In this document: in pieces, positions 53,840 through 63,377 of the stretch
Position numbering within the stretch: position 1 is the first letter of the stretch
How the letters are laid out: every line of letters begins with the position of its first letter
Source of the DNA: an uncultured Gemmatimonadaceae bacterium
GTDB taxonomy: Bacteria; Gemmatimonadota; Gemmatimonadetes; Gemmatimonadales; Gemmatimonadaceae
Length of the DNA: 64,000 bases
Direction: 5' to 3'
NCBI GenBank assembly: GCA_963790305.1
Contig: CAWBOC010000006.1
Span: forward strand, 224,001 to 288,000
Notes under the pieces: model-generated
Databases searched by the model: none
What the model was told of the DNA's origin: nothing
What the model saw: the letters and a program-made list of their open reading frames with translations, nothing else
Program-made: the position numbers and the translations under genes

Positions 53840-55306
53840 ATGGGCGCCGGCGTCGCGACCGAGACGCTTCCCACGCGGCTGTTCATCAACGGTGAGCAGC
53901 TGGAAGCCGCGGAGGGTCGAACCCATGACGTGATCAATCCGGCGACGGAGGAAGTGATCGCCTCGGTCGCGGCCGCCGGCGAGGGGGACGTCGATCGTGC
54001 GGTTCGCAGCGCACGCGCCACGTTCGAGTCGGACAAATGGCGAAAGACGAGCGCGCGTCAACGAGGCGAAGCGGTCTACCGCCTCGGCGAGCTGATTCTC
54101 AAGAACAAGGACGAGCTTGCCCGCCTCGAGACGCTGAACAACGGCAAGCCCGTCTTCGAGTCGATGATCGACGTGCGTCTCGCTGCCGCCACATACAAAT
54201 ACTATGGCGGCTGGGCGGACAAGATCCACGGGGAGACGATCCCCGTGGACGGACCGTTCCTGAACTACACGTTGCGGGAGCCGTTAGGCGTCGTCGGAGC
54301 GATCGTTCCCTGGAACTTTCCGATTTCGCTGGCCGCGTGGAAGGTGGCACCGGCGCTCGCCTGCGGTAACACCGTCGTGTTGAAGCCCGCCGAGCTCACG
54401 CCGTTCACGGCGATTCGAATGGCGGAGCTCGCCATCGAGGCAGGATTGCCGCCGGGCGCCTTCAACTGCATTCCCGGTCCAGGCTCGGTCGCCGGTAACG
54501 CGCTCGTCACGCATTCCGACGTCGACAAGATCGCCTTCACGGGCAGTACCGAGGTCGGGAAGCAGATCATGCGGGACGCGGCGGGAACGGTAAAGAAGAT
54601 TTCGCTCGAGCTGGGCGGGAAATCGCCGAACATCGTTTACGCGGACGCCGATCTCGACGCCGCGGCTCGCGGCGCCCTGACGGGAATTTTCTACGGCAAG
54701 GGTGAGGTCTGCGCGGCGGGATCGCGACTGCTCGTCGAGGACAGCGCTGCCGAGGAGATGCGCACGCGCATTCTCGAGCGGGCGAAGAAGATGGTAGCAG
54801 GCGATCCCCTTGACCCGAAGACCCGCCTCGGCGCGCTCGTCTCGAAGAAGCAGATGGACCGCGTGCTCGGCTATATCGAAAGCGGCAAGTCCGAGGGCGC
54901 GACGCTGCTGAGCGGTGGCGCCCGCACACCCGTGAATGGCAAAGGGTACTTCGTGCAGCCGACGGTGTTCGAGGGCGTCGAGCGCGAGATGACGATCGCG
55001 CGCGAAGAAATCTTCGGTCCCGTGCTGGCGATGATGACGTTCAGCGACGGCATGACGGGCGCCACGGAGCTGGCGAACGCGACGATCTACGGGCTCGCCG
55101 CGGGAATCTGGACGCGCGACATCAAGAAGGCCCTGCGCACCGCGCGGGAAATCCGCGCAGGCACGGTGTGGATCAACACGTACAACATGTACGACGCGGC
55201 CTCCCCGTTCGGCGGGTTCAAGCAGTCGGGTTTCGGCCGCGACCTCGGCGTGCACGCGCTCGAGGGGTACATGCAGGTCAAGTCGGTGTGGGTAGATCTT
55301 TCATGA
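53840..55306 (+). CDS. NAD(P)-dependent aldehyde dehydrogenase
   Basis: PWNFP, KPAE, FTGST, LELGGKSP, GEVC, EEIFGPV, PFGGFKQSG. Confidence 0.95.
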   Translation: MGAGVATETLPTRLFINGEQLEAAEGRTHDVINPATEEVIASVAAAGEGDVDRAVRSARATFESDKWRKTSARQRGEAVYRLGELILKNKDELARLETLNNGKPVFESMIDVRLAAATYKYYGGWADKIHGETIPVDGPFLNYTLREPLGVVGAIVPWNFPISLAAWKVAPALACGNTVVLKPAELTPFTAIRMAELAIEAGLPPGAFNCIPGPGSVAGNALVTHSDVDKIAFTGSTEVGKQIMRDAAGTVKKISLELGGKSPNIVYADADLDAAARGALTGIFYGKGEVCAAGSRLLVEDSAAEEMRTRILERAKKMVAGDPLDPKTRLGALVSKKQMDRVLGYIESGKSEGATLLSGGARTPVNGKGYFVQPTVFEGVEREMTIAREEIFGPVLAMMTFSDGMTGATELANATIYGLAAGIWTRDIKKALRTAREIRAGTVWINTYNMYDAASPFGGFKQSGFGRDLGVHALEGYMQVKSVWVDLS

Positions 55307-55394
55307 GAATGCGGAATGCGGAATGCGGAACACGAGTAAGACCCTCGCTGGTTCGACGGTCTTACGAGAATTCCGCATTCCGCATTCCGCATTC
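55307..55394. repeat. Perfect heptamer-built inverted repeat
   Basis: (GAATGCG)3GAA at 55307-55330 pairs with TTC(CGCATTC)3 at 55371-55394; inner stem GTAAGACC/GGTCTTAC. Confidence 0.95.
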
Positions 55395-55401
55395 GTAAGC
55401 A

Positions 55402-56613
55402 ATGTCCGTTATGCGCGAAGACGTCTTCCTCATCGACGCCGTTCGCACGCCCATCGGTCGTCACGGTGGCGTGCTGGCGCGGATGCGGCCCGATGATCTT
55501 GCGGCGACGGCGATCGCTGAGCTCGTCAAGCGCAGCGGCGTGGAGCCGTCGAGCATCGACGACGTCATTCTTGGGTGCGCCAATCAGGCCGGCGAGGATA
55601 CGCGCAACGTGGCCCGCATGGCGCTGCTCCTCGCCGGGCTCCCGGTCGAAGTGCCGGGCCAAACGGTGAATCGACTGTGTGGCTCGGGGCTTCAGGCTCT
55701 CGCCAGCGCCTCCCAGGCGATTCGTGCGGGAGAAGGCGACGTCTTCATCGCCGGCGGCGTGGAGAGCATGTCGCGCGCGCCCTGGGTGATGCTCAAGCCC
55801 GAGGATGGGTTTTCGCGCACGCTGCCCGCCATGGCGGACACGACGATCGGGTGGCGTTTCGTCAATCCGAGAATGCCGCGCGAGTGGACGATCTCCCTGG
55901 GCGAAACAGCCGAGGAGGTCGCGCGCTGCTACGGGGTCACGCGCGAGGAGCAGGATGCCTTCGCCCACGAGAGCCAGCAGCGCACCAAGCGGGCGCTCGA
56001 GGAGGATCGCTTCCGGGATGAGCTCGTTCCCGTGGAGGTCGTCACCAGGAGCGGAAAGACGGTGGTCGAGCGCGATGAGCATCCGCGACCCGAGACGACA
56101 CTCGAGACGTTGCGTGGGATGCGACCGGCGTTCGTAAAAGAGGGTGGAACCGTCACCGCCGGCTCGTCGAGTGGAATCAACGACGGGGCCAGCGCCGCCC
56201 TCGTGATGTCCGCTGACGCCGCGAAGCAGCTTGGGCATAAGCCCCTCGCGCGGATTGTCGCCACCGCGGTGGCCGGCGTCGCACCGAACGTGATGGGCAT
56301 TGGACCCGTACCCGCCACACGTCGCGTCCTCGAACGCGCCGGTCTCACCATCGACGACATTGATCTCATCGAGCTCAACGAGGCCTTCGCATCGCAGGCG
56401 ATCGCGTGTATCCGTCAGCTCGGCGCCGACCCGGACCGTGTCAACGTCAACGGCGGGGCGATCGCGCTCGGGCATCCGTTAGGCGCCTCGGGGGCACGCA
56501 TCGTCACGACGCTCGCGCACGAGCTGCGGCGCCGGGAAAAGCGGTACGGCCTGGCGACGATGTGCATCGGGGTCGGTCAAGGCATTGCGACGGTGCTGGA
56601 GCGCGTCACGTGA
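55402..56613 (+). CDS. Thiolase (PaaJ/PcaF-like 3-oxoadipyl-CoA thiolase)
   Basis: [52 protein letters not shown]. Confidence 0.9.
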   Translation: MSVMREDVFLIDAVRTPIGRHGGVLARMRPDDLAATAIAELVKRSGVEPSSIDDVILGCANQAGEDTRNVARMALLLAGLPVEVPGQTVNRLCGSGLQALASASQAIRAGEGDVFIAGGVESMSRAPWVMLKPEDGFSRTLPAMADTTIGWRFVNPRMPREWTISLGETAEEVARCYGVTREEQDAFAHESQQRTKRALEEDRFRDELVPVEVVTRSGKTVVERDEHPRPETTLETLRGMRPAFVKEGGTVTAGSSSGINDGASAALVMSADAAKQLGHKPLARIVATAVAGVAPNVMGIGPVPATRRVLERAGLTIDDIDLIELNEAFASQAIACIRQLGADPDRVNVNGGAIALGHPLGASGARIVTTLAHELRRREKRYGLATMCIGVGQGIATVLERVT

Positions 56614-57404
56614 CGTACGAACAGATCCTGCTCAATCGCTCGGAAGGCATCGGGACGCTCACGCTCAACCGGCCCGACAAGCTCAACGCGTTTGCCGGGC
56701 GGATGCGCCAGGAGATTGCCGACGGCCTCGATGAGCTGGAGAAGGATGATTCCGTTCGGGTGATCGTCATTACCGGCGCCGGCCGCGGATTTTGCGCCGG
56801 GGGCGACGTCACGTACATGGGCGAGCTCGTCGAGCGCCGCGATGTGGAGTCGATGGCCGCGCTCGTCGATGCTGGACGTCACGTCGTCATGACGATCCGA
56901 AACTCTCGCAAGCCAGTGATCGCGAGTGTCAACGGAGTCGCCGCGGGGGGCGGCGCAAATCTCGCCCTTGCCTGTGACCTCCGAATCGCCAGCGAGCTCG
57001 CGAGCCTCGGGCAAACGTTCAACCGCATCGGCCTGCATCCCGATTGGGGAGGCACCTACTTCCTGCCCCGACTCGTCGGGCCGGCGAAGGCACTCGAGCT
57101 GTTCTGGTTCGCCGACATGATCGATGCGCGGGAGTGCGAGCGCCTCGGCCTGTTCAACAAGGTGGTCCCACACGCATTGCTCGTCGATGCGACACGCGCA
57201 TGGGCGCGCACGCTCGCGAGCAAGCCGGGTCTCGCGATCGCCTTGGCGAAGCGTGCCGTGTATGACTCGCCCGATCGCACGCTGCCGCAGATGCTGGACT
57301 ACGAGCTCGACGCACAGCTTCGGTGCTTCGAGAGCGGAGACGCAGGCGAAGGAATCCGCGCCTTCAGCGAGAAGCGCGCGGCACAGTTCGGAGCAGCCCG
57401 TTAG
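56610..57404 (+). CDS. Enoyl-CoA isomerase (PaaG-like crotonase)
   Basis: [29 protein letters not shown] (Asp-type active site lacking the two Glu). Confidence 0.75.
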   Translation: MTYEQILLNRSEGIGTLTLNRPDKLNAFAGRMRQEIADGLDELEKDDSVRVIVITGAGRGFCAGGDVTYMGELVERRDVESMAALVDAGRHVVMTIRNSRKPVIASVNGVAAGGGANLALACDLRIASELASLGQTFNRIGLHPDWGGTYFLPRLVGPAKALELFWFADMIDARECERLGLFNKVVPHALLVDATRAWARTLASKPGLAIALAKRAVYDSPDRTLPQMLDYELDAQLRCFESGDAGEGIRAFSEKRAAQFGAAR

Positions 57405-57425
57405 GACTTCAGGAGGATGTAACTC

Positions 57426-58592
57426 ATGGCAATGGCGAAGATTGGCAACTTTGACGACTGGATCGACCTGTTCAAGTTCTGGCAGGACGACATTGGTCTC
57501 CAGGTATCCGAGCTCAAGAACTACAAGTTCGACGTGAAGCTCGGCGAGCTCGAGGTGCCGGAGATCGAATTCGGCCACTACAAGGGGCAGCGGAAATGGC
57601 CGACGATCATGCACATCCCCGATCAGCGAATTCGAGATGCGCTGCAGAACCTGATCATCTTCCAGGGCGACACGGAGTTCGCCTCGGTGGAGCAGCAGCG
57701 TAGCCTGCTGCAGAATGCGCCGTCGGACTACGACCTGCTCTCGATCTATCGCGTGATGGCGGAGGAGATGCGCCACGGATGGCAGATGTCGTATCTCCTG
57801 GTGGCGCATTTCGGCGACGAGGGAAAGCGCGAGGCCGAGAAGCTGCTGGAGCGCCGCGCCGATGAGCACGAGCGGTTACTGGGCTCGTTCAACGAAGCGG
57901 TGGAGAACTGGCTCGACTTCTTCGCCTACACTCAGTTCATCGACCGCGACGGCAAGTATCAGCTGCAGATGCTCTCGACGTCGGCGTTCGCGCCGCTGTC
58001 CCGCTCGATGAAGCCGATGCTGAAGGAGGAGTCATTCCACCTCGGCACCGGGAACAACGGGTTGCTCCGCATCATCAAGGCGCGGCGGATCCCGACCGAT
58101 ATCATCCAGCGGTACCTGAACAAATGGGTGTCGACCGCGTTCGATCTCTTTGGCACCGACCAGTCATCGTCCGCCCAGTGGGCGTACGTCTGGGGACTGA
58201 AGGGACGGTTCGACGAGCGTACCAACGCGCAGCCTGCGGACGAGCGCAAGCTCAACGAGCACGCGCGCGAGCTGTATCGCCAGGAAGTGTCGGGACTGAT
58301 CGAGCGCCTGAACCAGCATATCCCCGCCGATCAGGTAAAGCTCAAGATCCCGAGCGAGAAGTTCAACCGGCGCATTGGCATCTGGAAAGGACAGACCTTC
58401 ACCGTCGATGGTGAGCCGATCGAGCGCGAGAAGTACAAGGAGTACGTCGCCTCGGTCACGCCGACGGCACAGGACCGCGCGTTCCTGGCCGACGTGTTCA
58501 AGGAGCGCGACTGGATCCTCGAGAAGAAGGTGGATGAGAAGGAGCGGGAGTGGCTCGCCGGGCCCTCCTCCGGAGGCGGCGCGGTGAATTGA
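57426..58592 (+). CDS. BoxB-type di-iron aryl-CoA epoxidase oxygenase (short form, 388 aa)
   Basis: QGDTEFASVEQQR, APS.YD, EEMRHGWQM, FIDRDGKYQL, EESFH, IQRYLNKW...DLFG...S, GLKGR, FNRRIG. Confidence 0.85.
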   Translation: MAMAKIGNFDDWIDLFKFWQDDIGLQVSELKNYKFDVKLGELEVPEIEFGHYKGQRKWPTIMHIPDQRIRDALQNLIIFQGDTEFASVEQQRSLLQNAPSDYDLLSIYRVMAEEMRHGWQMSYLLVAHFGDEGKREAEKLLERRADEHERLLGSFNEAVENWLDFFAYTQFIDRDGKYQLQMLSTSAFAPLSRSMKPMLKEESFHLGTGNNGLLRIIKARRIPTDIIQRYLNKWVSTAFDLFGTDQSSSAQWAYVWGLKGRFDERTNAQPADERKLNEHARELYRQEVSGLIERLNQHIPADQVKLKIPSEKFNRRIGIWKGQTFTVDGEPIEREKYKEYVASVTPTAQDRAFLADVFKERDWILEKKVDEKEREWLAGPSSGGGAVN

Positions 58593-59297
58593 GCCGCTCC
58601 CCGGAGCTGATCGGCCATCGCGGCGCGCCGCGCGAGCGCCCGGAGAACACGCTTGCCTCGTTTCTCCGGGCGCTCGATTTGGGTGCGGACGCCGTCGAGC
58701 TCGATGTCCATGCGACGCGCGATGGCGTCGTCGTCGTGCATCACGATTTCGTTCCGCGAGCGGAGTCGAGCGTGGCCGCACTCGGCGGACGCCCAATAGC
58801 GGAGCTCACCGCGGCCGACCTCGGCACGTTTCAAGTGGCCGGGGAGCCGATCCCGACGCTTGCCAGCGTGCTCGAAGCGATTGGTGGGCGAGCAACGGTG
58901 TACGTCGAGATCAAGGGGCGGGACATTGAAGAGGCAGTCATTGCGACCATCGAGAGCGCTCCCTCCGCCGAGGCGGGTCGCGGTGCACTCATTCGATCAC
59001 CGCGCTGTGGTGCGCACCCGCACGATGCGGCCGGACCTTCCCTCGGGAATTCTGTCGGCGTCATATCTCATCGACCCACAGGGCGCGCTGCGCGCGGCGA
59101 AGGCGCGCGACTATTGGCAGGAAGGATCGATGGTCGATGAGGCGCTCGTCGACGCGATCCACGATGCCAAGGGGCGCGTGATCGCCTGGACCGTGAACGA
59201 CCCCGAGCGCGCGCGTCGCCTCGCATCGATTGGCGTCGACGGCATCTGCACCGATGTGCTGCAGGTCATAGGGCCCGCGCTCGCGAGCACATCGTGA
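58589..59297 (+). CDS. Glycerophosphodiester phosphodiesterase family protein (+1 frameshift at ~58972)
   Basis: GHRGA...ENT, ELDV, VHHD, VEIK, SFDH, WTVN, GVDGICTD; TTG start overlaps the upstream stop. Confidence 0.88.
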
Positions 59298-60158
59298 CCA
59301 TTCGTCGCATTGCCGTGATTGGGGCAGGCACGATGGGGCATGGTATCGCGTACGTCGCCTCGGCCGCGGGCTACGAGGTTCGCCTGGCCGACGCGGATGC
59401 GGCGACGCTCGCCACCGGGATGCGAGAGGATTCGCGAAGCGTTCGACAAGGCGATCGAGCGCGGAAAGGCGACGGCGGCCTCGCGAGACGAAGGGCTGAG
59501 ACGCCTCACGAGCGCCGGCAGCGCCGGCGAGGCTGCGCGGGACGCGGATCTCGTCATCGAGGCGGTGCCGGAGCGGCTCGAGCTCAAACAGTCGATCTTC
59601 CGGGAGCTCGAACGGTCGGTTTCCACCGAGGCGATCCTGGGCAGCAACACGTCGTCGCTCTCGATCACGCGGATTGCTGACGGTCTGGCGCACCCGGGGC
59701 GCGTGGTTGGCCTGCACTTCTTCAATCCCGTCCCGGTGATGAAGCTGCTCGAGATCGTCCGTGGGGAGCGCACGAGTGAGGGCGTCGTCGACAGCGCGCG
59801 GACCTTCGCGACCTCGCTTGGCAAGACAGCGATCCTCGTGCGCGATACTCCCGGATTCGCGACGAGCCGGCTCGGCGTCGTGCTGGGGCTCGAGGCCATT
59901 CGCATGCTCGAGCAGGGCGTCGCGTCGGCGGAGGACATTGACCGCGCGATGGAGCTGGGATACAATCATCCGATGGGACCGCTACGGCTGACCGACGTGG
60001 TCGGGCTCGATGTCCGTCTCGCGATCGCCGAGCATCTGTACGCGACACTGAAGGACGACACGTACAACCCCCCTGCCCTGCTTCGTCGCCTGGTGAGTGA
60101 AGGGAAGTTAGGCAAGAAGACGGGACGAGGATTCTACTCCTGGGAGAATGACCGATGA
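59294..60158 (+). CDS. 3-hydroxyacyl-CoA dehydrogenase (+1 frameshift at ~59423)
   Basis: GAGTMGHGIA, IEAVPE..ELK, SNTSSL, GLHFFNP, PMGPL..D.VGLD, GKKTGRGFY. Confidence 0.92.
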
Positions 60159-60937
60159 CCGAACCGGAAGTCGTTCTTCTCGAGCAGCGTGGCCGCGTAG
60201 CGCTGGTAACGATGAATCGGCCGGAGAAGCGTAACGCGCTCGACGGTCAAATGCGGTGCGCGTTTCTCGGCGTCATGGATCGCGTTCGGCGCGACACGAA
60301 CACTCGGGCCGTCGTGGTCACCGGCGCCGGTGACAAGGCGTTCATCGCGGGCGCCGACATCAGCGAGTTCGAGGGGCGGTCACCCGTCGATCAATACCGC
60401 GTCATGCGCCTTCCCACCGTGTTCGACGCGATCGAGCGATTCCCGAAGCCGGTGATCGCCGCCGTGAACGGGTTCTGCCTTGGCGGCGGAATGGAGCTCG
60501 CACTCGCGTGCGACATTCGCCTCGCCTCGGCCAACGCCAAGTTCGGGCAACCGGAGGTCAACCTCGGCATCATCCCCGGCGGTGGTGGCACGCAGCGATT
60601 GCCCCGCATCATCGGGCTCGGTCACGCACTGCGACTGATCCTCACCGGCGACATGATCACGGCCGACGAGGCGCTGCGACTTGGGCTCGTGTCGGAGGCA
60701 GTTCCGGGCGACGTGCTACTCGACCGCGCGATCGCGATCGGCGAGCTGATCGCGTCGAAGAGTCCCGTGGCCGTTGCCGCCGCGAAGGAGGCGACGCGCG
60801 CGTCAATGAGCCTGCCGCTCGACGAAGGGCTGCGTCTCGAGACGGCGCTCTTCCAGCTCTGCTTCTCGAGTGAGGACAAGGCGGAAGGGGTGCGAGCGTT
60901 TCTGGAGAAGAGGGCGGCGAACTTCACGGGGCGATGA
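60155..60937 (+). CDS. Enoyl-CoA hydratase (PaaF/crotonase-like)
   Basis: AGADISE, GGGMELA, FGQPEVNLG (both catalytic Glu present). Confidence 0.9.
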   Translation: MTEPEVVLLEQRGRVALVTMNRPEKRNALDGQMRCAFLGVMDRVRRDTNTRAVVVTGAGDKAFIAGADISEFEGRSPVDQYRVMRLPTVFDAIERFPKPVIAAVNGFCLGGGMELALACDIRLASANAKFGQPEVNLGIIPGGGGTQRLPRIIGLGHALRLILTGDMITADEALRLGLVSEAVPGDVLLDRAIAIGELIASKSPVAVAAAKEATRASMSLPLDEGLRLETALFQLCFSSEDKAEGVRAFLEKRAANFTGR

Positions 60938-61857
60938 GGAAGATCGAAGGCGGAATTCGGAATGCGGATTCGGAATCGGCAGGCATCCTTCCGCATTCCG
61001 CATTCCGTATTACGGACTGCCACATCCACATCCAGCCCTGGCGGCAGCTCAAGCCCGCCGTGATGGAGACCATGCGGCGCGGCAAGGAGGATCGCTTCGA
61101 GTTCCTGCTCGCGCTGATGGACGATCCCAAGCTCCTGCTTCGGATCATGGATGAGGAGGGCATCGACCGCGTCGGCATGGTGAACTATCCGAGCCCTGAT
61201 CTCATGGGGTTCACCAACGACACCAACGACTTCGCCGCTCGTTATGCGGAAGCGGACCCACGCCGGTTGATTCCCTACGGTGGCGTACACCCGCGTTTCG
61301 CCAAGGATGCAGCCGGTGAGGTGCGGCGACTCGTCGAGCTGGGCGTTCGGATGCTCAAGATTCATCCAAACCACCAATGCTTCCCCGCCAACGCGTACAC
61401 CGAAGGGCTCGATGCACTCGGCGTGTTGTACAAGGCGTGCGAGGATCACGGGCTGCCGGTCATGATTCACACCGGGACGAGCATCTTTCCGGGGGCGCGA
61501 AGCAAATGGGGAAATCCGATGGAGATGGATGACGTCGCCATCGACTTCCCGGACCTGCCCCTGGTGATGGCGCACGGCGGACGCCCGCTGTACATGGCCG
61601 AAGCGTTCTTCATCCTCCGGCGGCATAAACGCGTCTGGCTCGATCTCTCGGGAATTCCGCCGAAGGGCCTCCTCGGATACTTCCCGCGCATCGCCGAGCT
61701 CGAGGCGCAGCTGCTGTGGGGGACGGACTGGCCAAGTCCGGGTGTCGAGAGCATGCGCCGCAACGTCGATGACTTCCTCGGGCTGGCGCTGCCCGAGAGC
61801 ATCAAGCGCGCGGCGCTGGAGACAAATCCCGAGCGGCTACTACCCACGACAGTCTGA
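60934..61857 (+). CDS. Amidohydrolase_2 family metal-dependent hydrolase/decarboxylase
   Basis: DCHIH, KIHP.HQ, IHTG, AHGG, DLSG, WGTDWP. Confidence 0.88.
   Translation: MRKIEGGIRNADSESAGILPHSAFRITDCHIHIQPWRQLKPAVMETMRRGKEDRFEFLLALMDDPKLLLRIMDEEGIDRVGMVNYPSPDLMGFTNDTNDFAARYAEADPRRLIPYGGVHPRFAKDAAGEVRRLVELGVRMLKIHPNHQCFPANAYTEGLDALGVLYKACEDHGLPVMIHTGTSIFPGARSKWGNPMEMDDVAIDFPDLPLVMAHGGRPLYMAEAFFILRRHKRVWLDLSGIPPKGLLGYFPRIAELEAQLLWGTDWPSPGVESMRRNVDDFLGLALPESIKRAALETNPERLLPTTV
60946..61010. repeat. Degenerate heptamer inverted repeat inside the amidohydrolase 5' end
   Basis: GAAGGCGGAATTCGGAATGCGGATTCGGAA ... TTCCGCATTCCGCATTCCGTAT. Confidence 0.8.
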
Positions 61858-61946
61858 TTGCCGCTTCTGGCCGCTGAGTGCCTTCGGAAGTAGGTTCTGC
61901 TCGCAACGAGCCGACACGAAGAACTCTCAAGACGGAGGCCCCCGAC

Positions 61947-63377
61947 GTGACGCGGTTCGCCATCCTCGCAGTCGCCGCTACCACTGCCTGCGCTTCCGGA
62001 AGCACGACAGCGCGTACGCCGACGACATCGAGTACTCCTGCAACGGAGACGAGCGCTCAAGGTGCCGCGGGATCGGGCGCCCTCTCGTCCCCGCTCGCCG
62101 ATCCATTCCCGAGTACCTACGCACCATTTCCGTCGCGGCCGACGGTCATCCGCAACGTCACGATCTTCACCGCCGCGGGACCGCGCATCGCGAACGGCGC
62201 GATTCTCCTTCGAGATGGCAAGATCGCCGCCGTCGGCGCGACCGTGGATGCGCCGGCTGATGCCGTCGTGATCGACGGCTCGGGAAAGTTCGTCACGCCG
62301 GGCCTGGTCGATAACCATTCGCACATGGGCGTGTACGCCGCACCGGGCGTGCAGGCCAACAGCGACGGGAACGAAGCGACCAACCCGGTTACCGCGAACG
62401 TGTGGGCAGAGCACTCGGTGTGGCCGCAGGATCCGCAGTTTCCGCGGGCATTGGCGGGGGGTATTACCACCGCGCAGATCCTCCCCGGCTCGGCGAACCT
62501 CATCGGCGGGCGGTCGGTCGTGCTCAAGGTCGTTCCCGCCCGCACCGTGCAGGCGATGAAGTTCCCCGGGGCAAAGTACGGTCTGAAAATGGCCTGCGGC
62601 GAGAATCCAAAGCGCGTCTATGCGAGCCGCGGTCCGTCCACACGCATGGGAAATGTCGCCGGCTATCGCAACGCATGGATTCAGGCGGAGCAATACCGCC
62701 GTCGCTGGGACAAGTGGCTGGCCGACAAGAAAGGTGAGCCGCCCGGTCGGGATCTCGGCAACGAGACGCTGGCCGAGGTGCTGCGCGGCAACATTCTCAT
62801 CCACAACCATTGCTATCGTGCCGATGAGATGGCGCAGATGATCGACATCGCGAAGGAATTCGGCTACCGGATTCGCGCGTTCCACCACGGCGTCGAGGCA
62901 TACAAGATCGCCGACTTGCTGGCCCGGGATTCGATTGCGGCGTCGATCTGGGCCGACTGGGGCGCCTTCAAGATGGAAGCGCTGGATGGCGTAAAGGGGA
63001 ACATGGCTCTCGTGCACCAGGCCGGAGGGCGCACGGTCGTCCACTCCGACGATCCGTCGGGCATTCAGCGACTCAATCAGGAAGCCGCCAAGGGGATCGC
63101 CGCTGGCGCGGCGTTAGGCGTCACGGTCAGCGAGGACGACGCGATCAAGTGGTTGACGCTGAATCCGGCATGGTCACTCGGCCTGGACGACCGCATCGGC
63201 TCGATCGAGGTCGGCAAGAACGCCGACATCGTACTGTGGAGCGGCAATCCGTTCAGCGTGTACTCGCGCGCCGAGCGTGTGTGGATCGACGGGGCGCAGA
63301 TGTTCGACCGCTCCGACGCCACGGAAGCCTGGCGCACGGATTTCGAGCTTGGCTTCGTGCGGCGGAGCGGACAATGA
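61947..63377 (+). CDS. Exported/lipoprotein amidohydrolase (imidazolonepropionase-like family)
   Basis: GGAGG RBS and GTG start; signal peptide ending ATTAC; TPGLVDNHSH, KMACGENP, NHCYRADE, HHGVEAY, HSDD, GSIEVGKNAD. Confidence 0.88.
   Translation: MTRFAILAVAATTACASGSTTARTPTTSSTPATETSAQGAAGSGALSSPLADPFPSTYAPFPSRPTVIRNVTIFTAAGPRIANGAILLRDGKIAAVGATVDAPADAVVIDGSGKFVTPGLVDNHSHMGVYAAPGVQANSDGNEATNPVTANVWAEHSVWPQDPQFPRALAGGITTAQILPGSANLIGGRSVVLKVVPARTVQAMKFPGAKYGLKMACGENPKRVYASRGPSTRMGNVAGYRNAWIQAEQYRRRWDKWLADKKGEPPGRDLGNETLAEVLRGNILIHNHCYRADEMAQMIDIAKEFGYRIRAFHHGVEAYKIADLLARDSIAASIWADWGAFKMEALDGVKGNMALVHQAGGRTVVHSDDPSGIQRLNQEAAKGIAAGAALGVTVSEDDAIKWLTLNPAWSLGLDDRIGSIEVGKNADIVLWSGNPFSVYSRAERVWIDGAQMFDRSDATEAWRTDFELGFVRRSGQ

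Noticed and set aside
57426..58592. PaaA/PaaC phenylacetyl-CoA epoxidase
   Set aside because: The motifs are BoxB-type (GDTE.ASVEQQR, DRDG), and no paaB/C/D/E genes are present.
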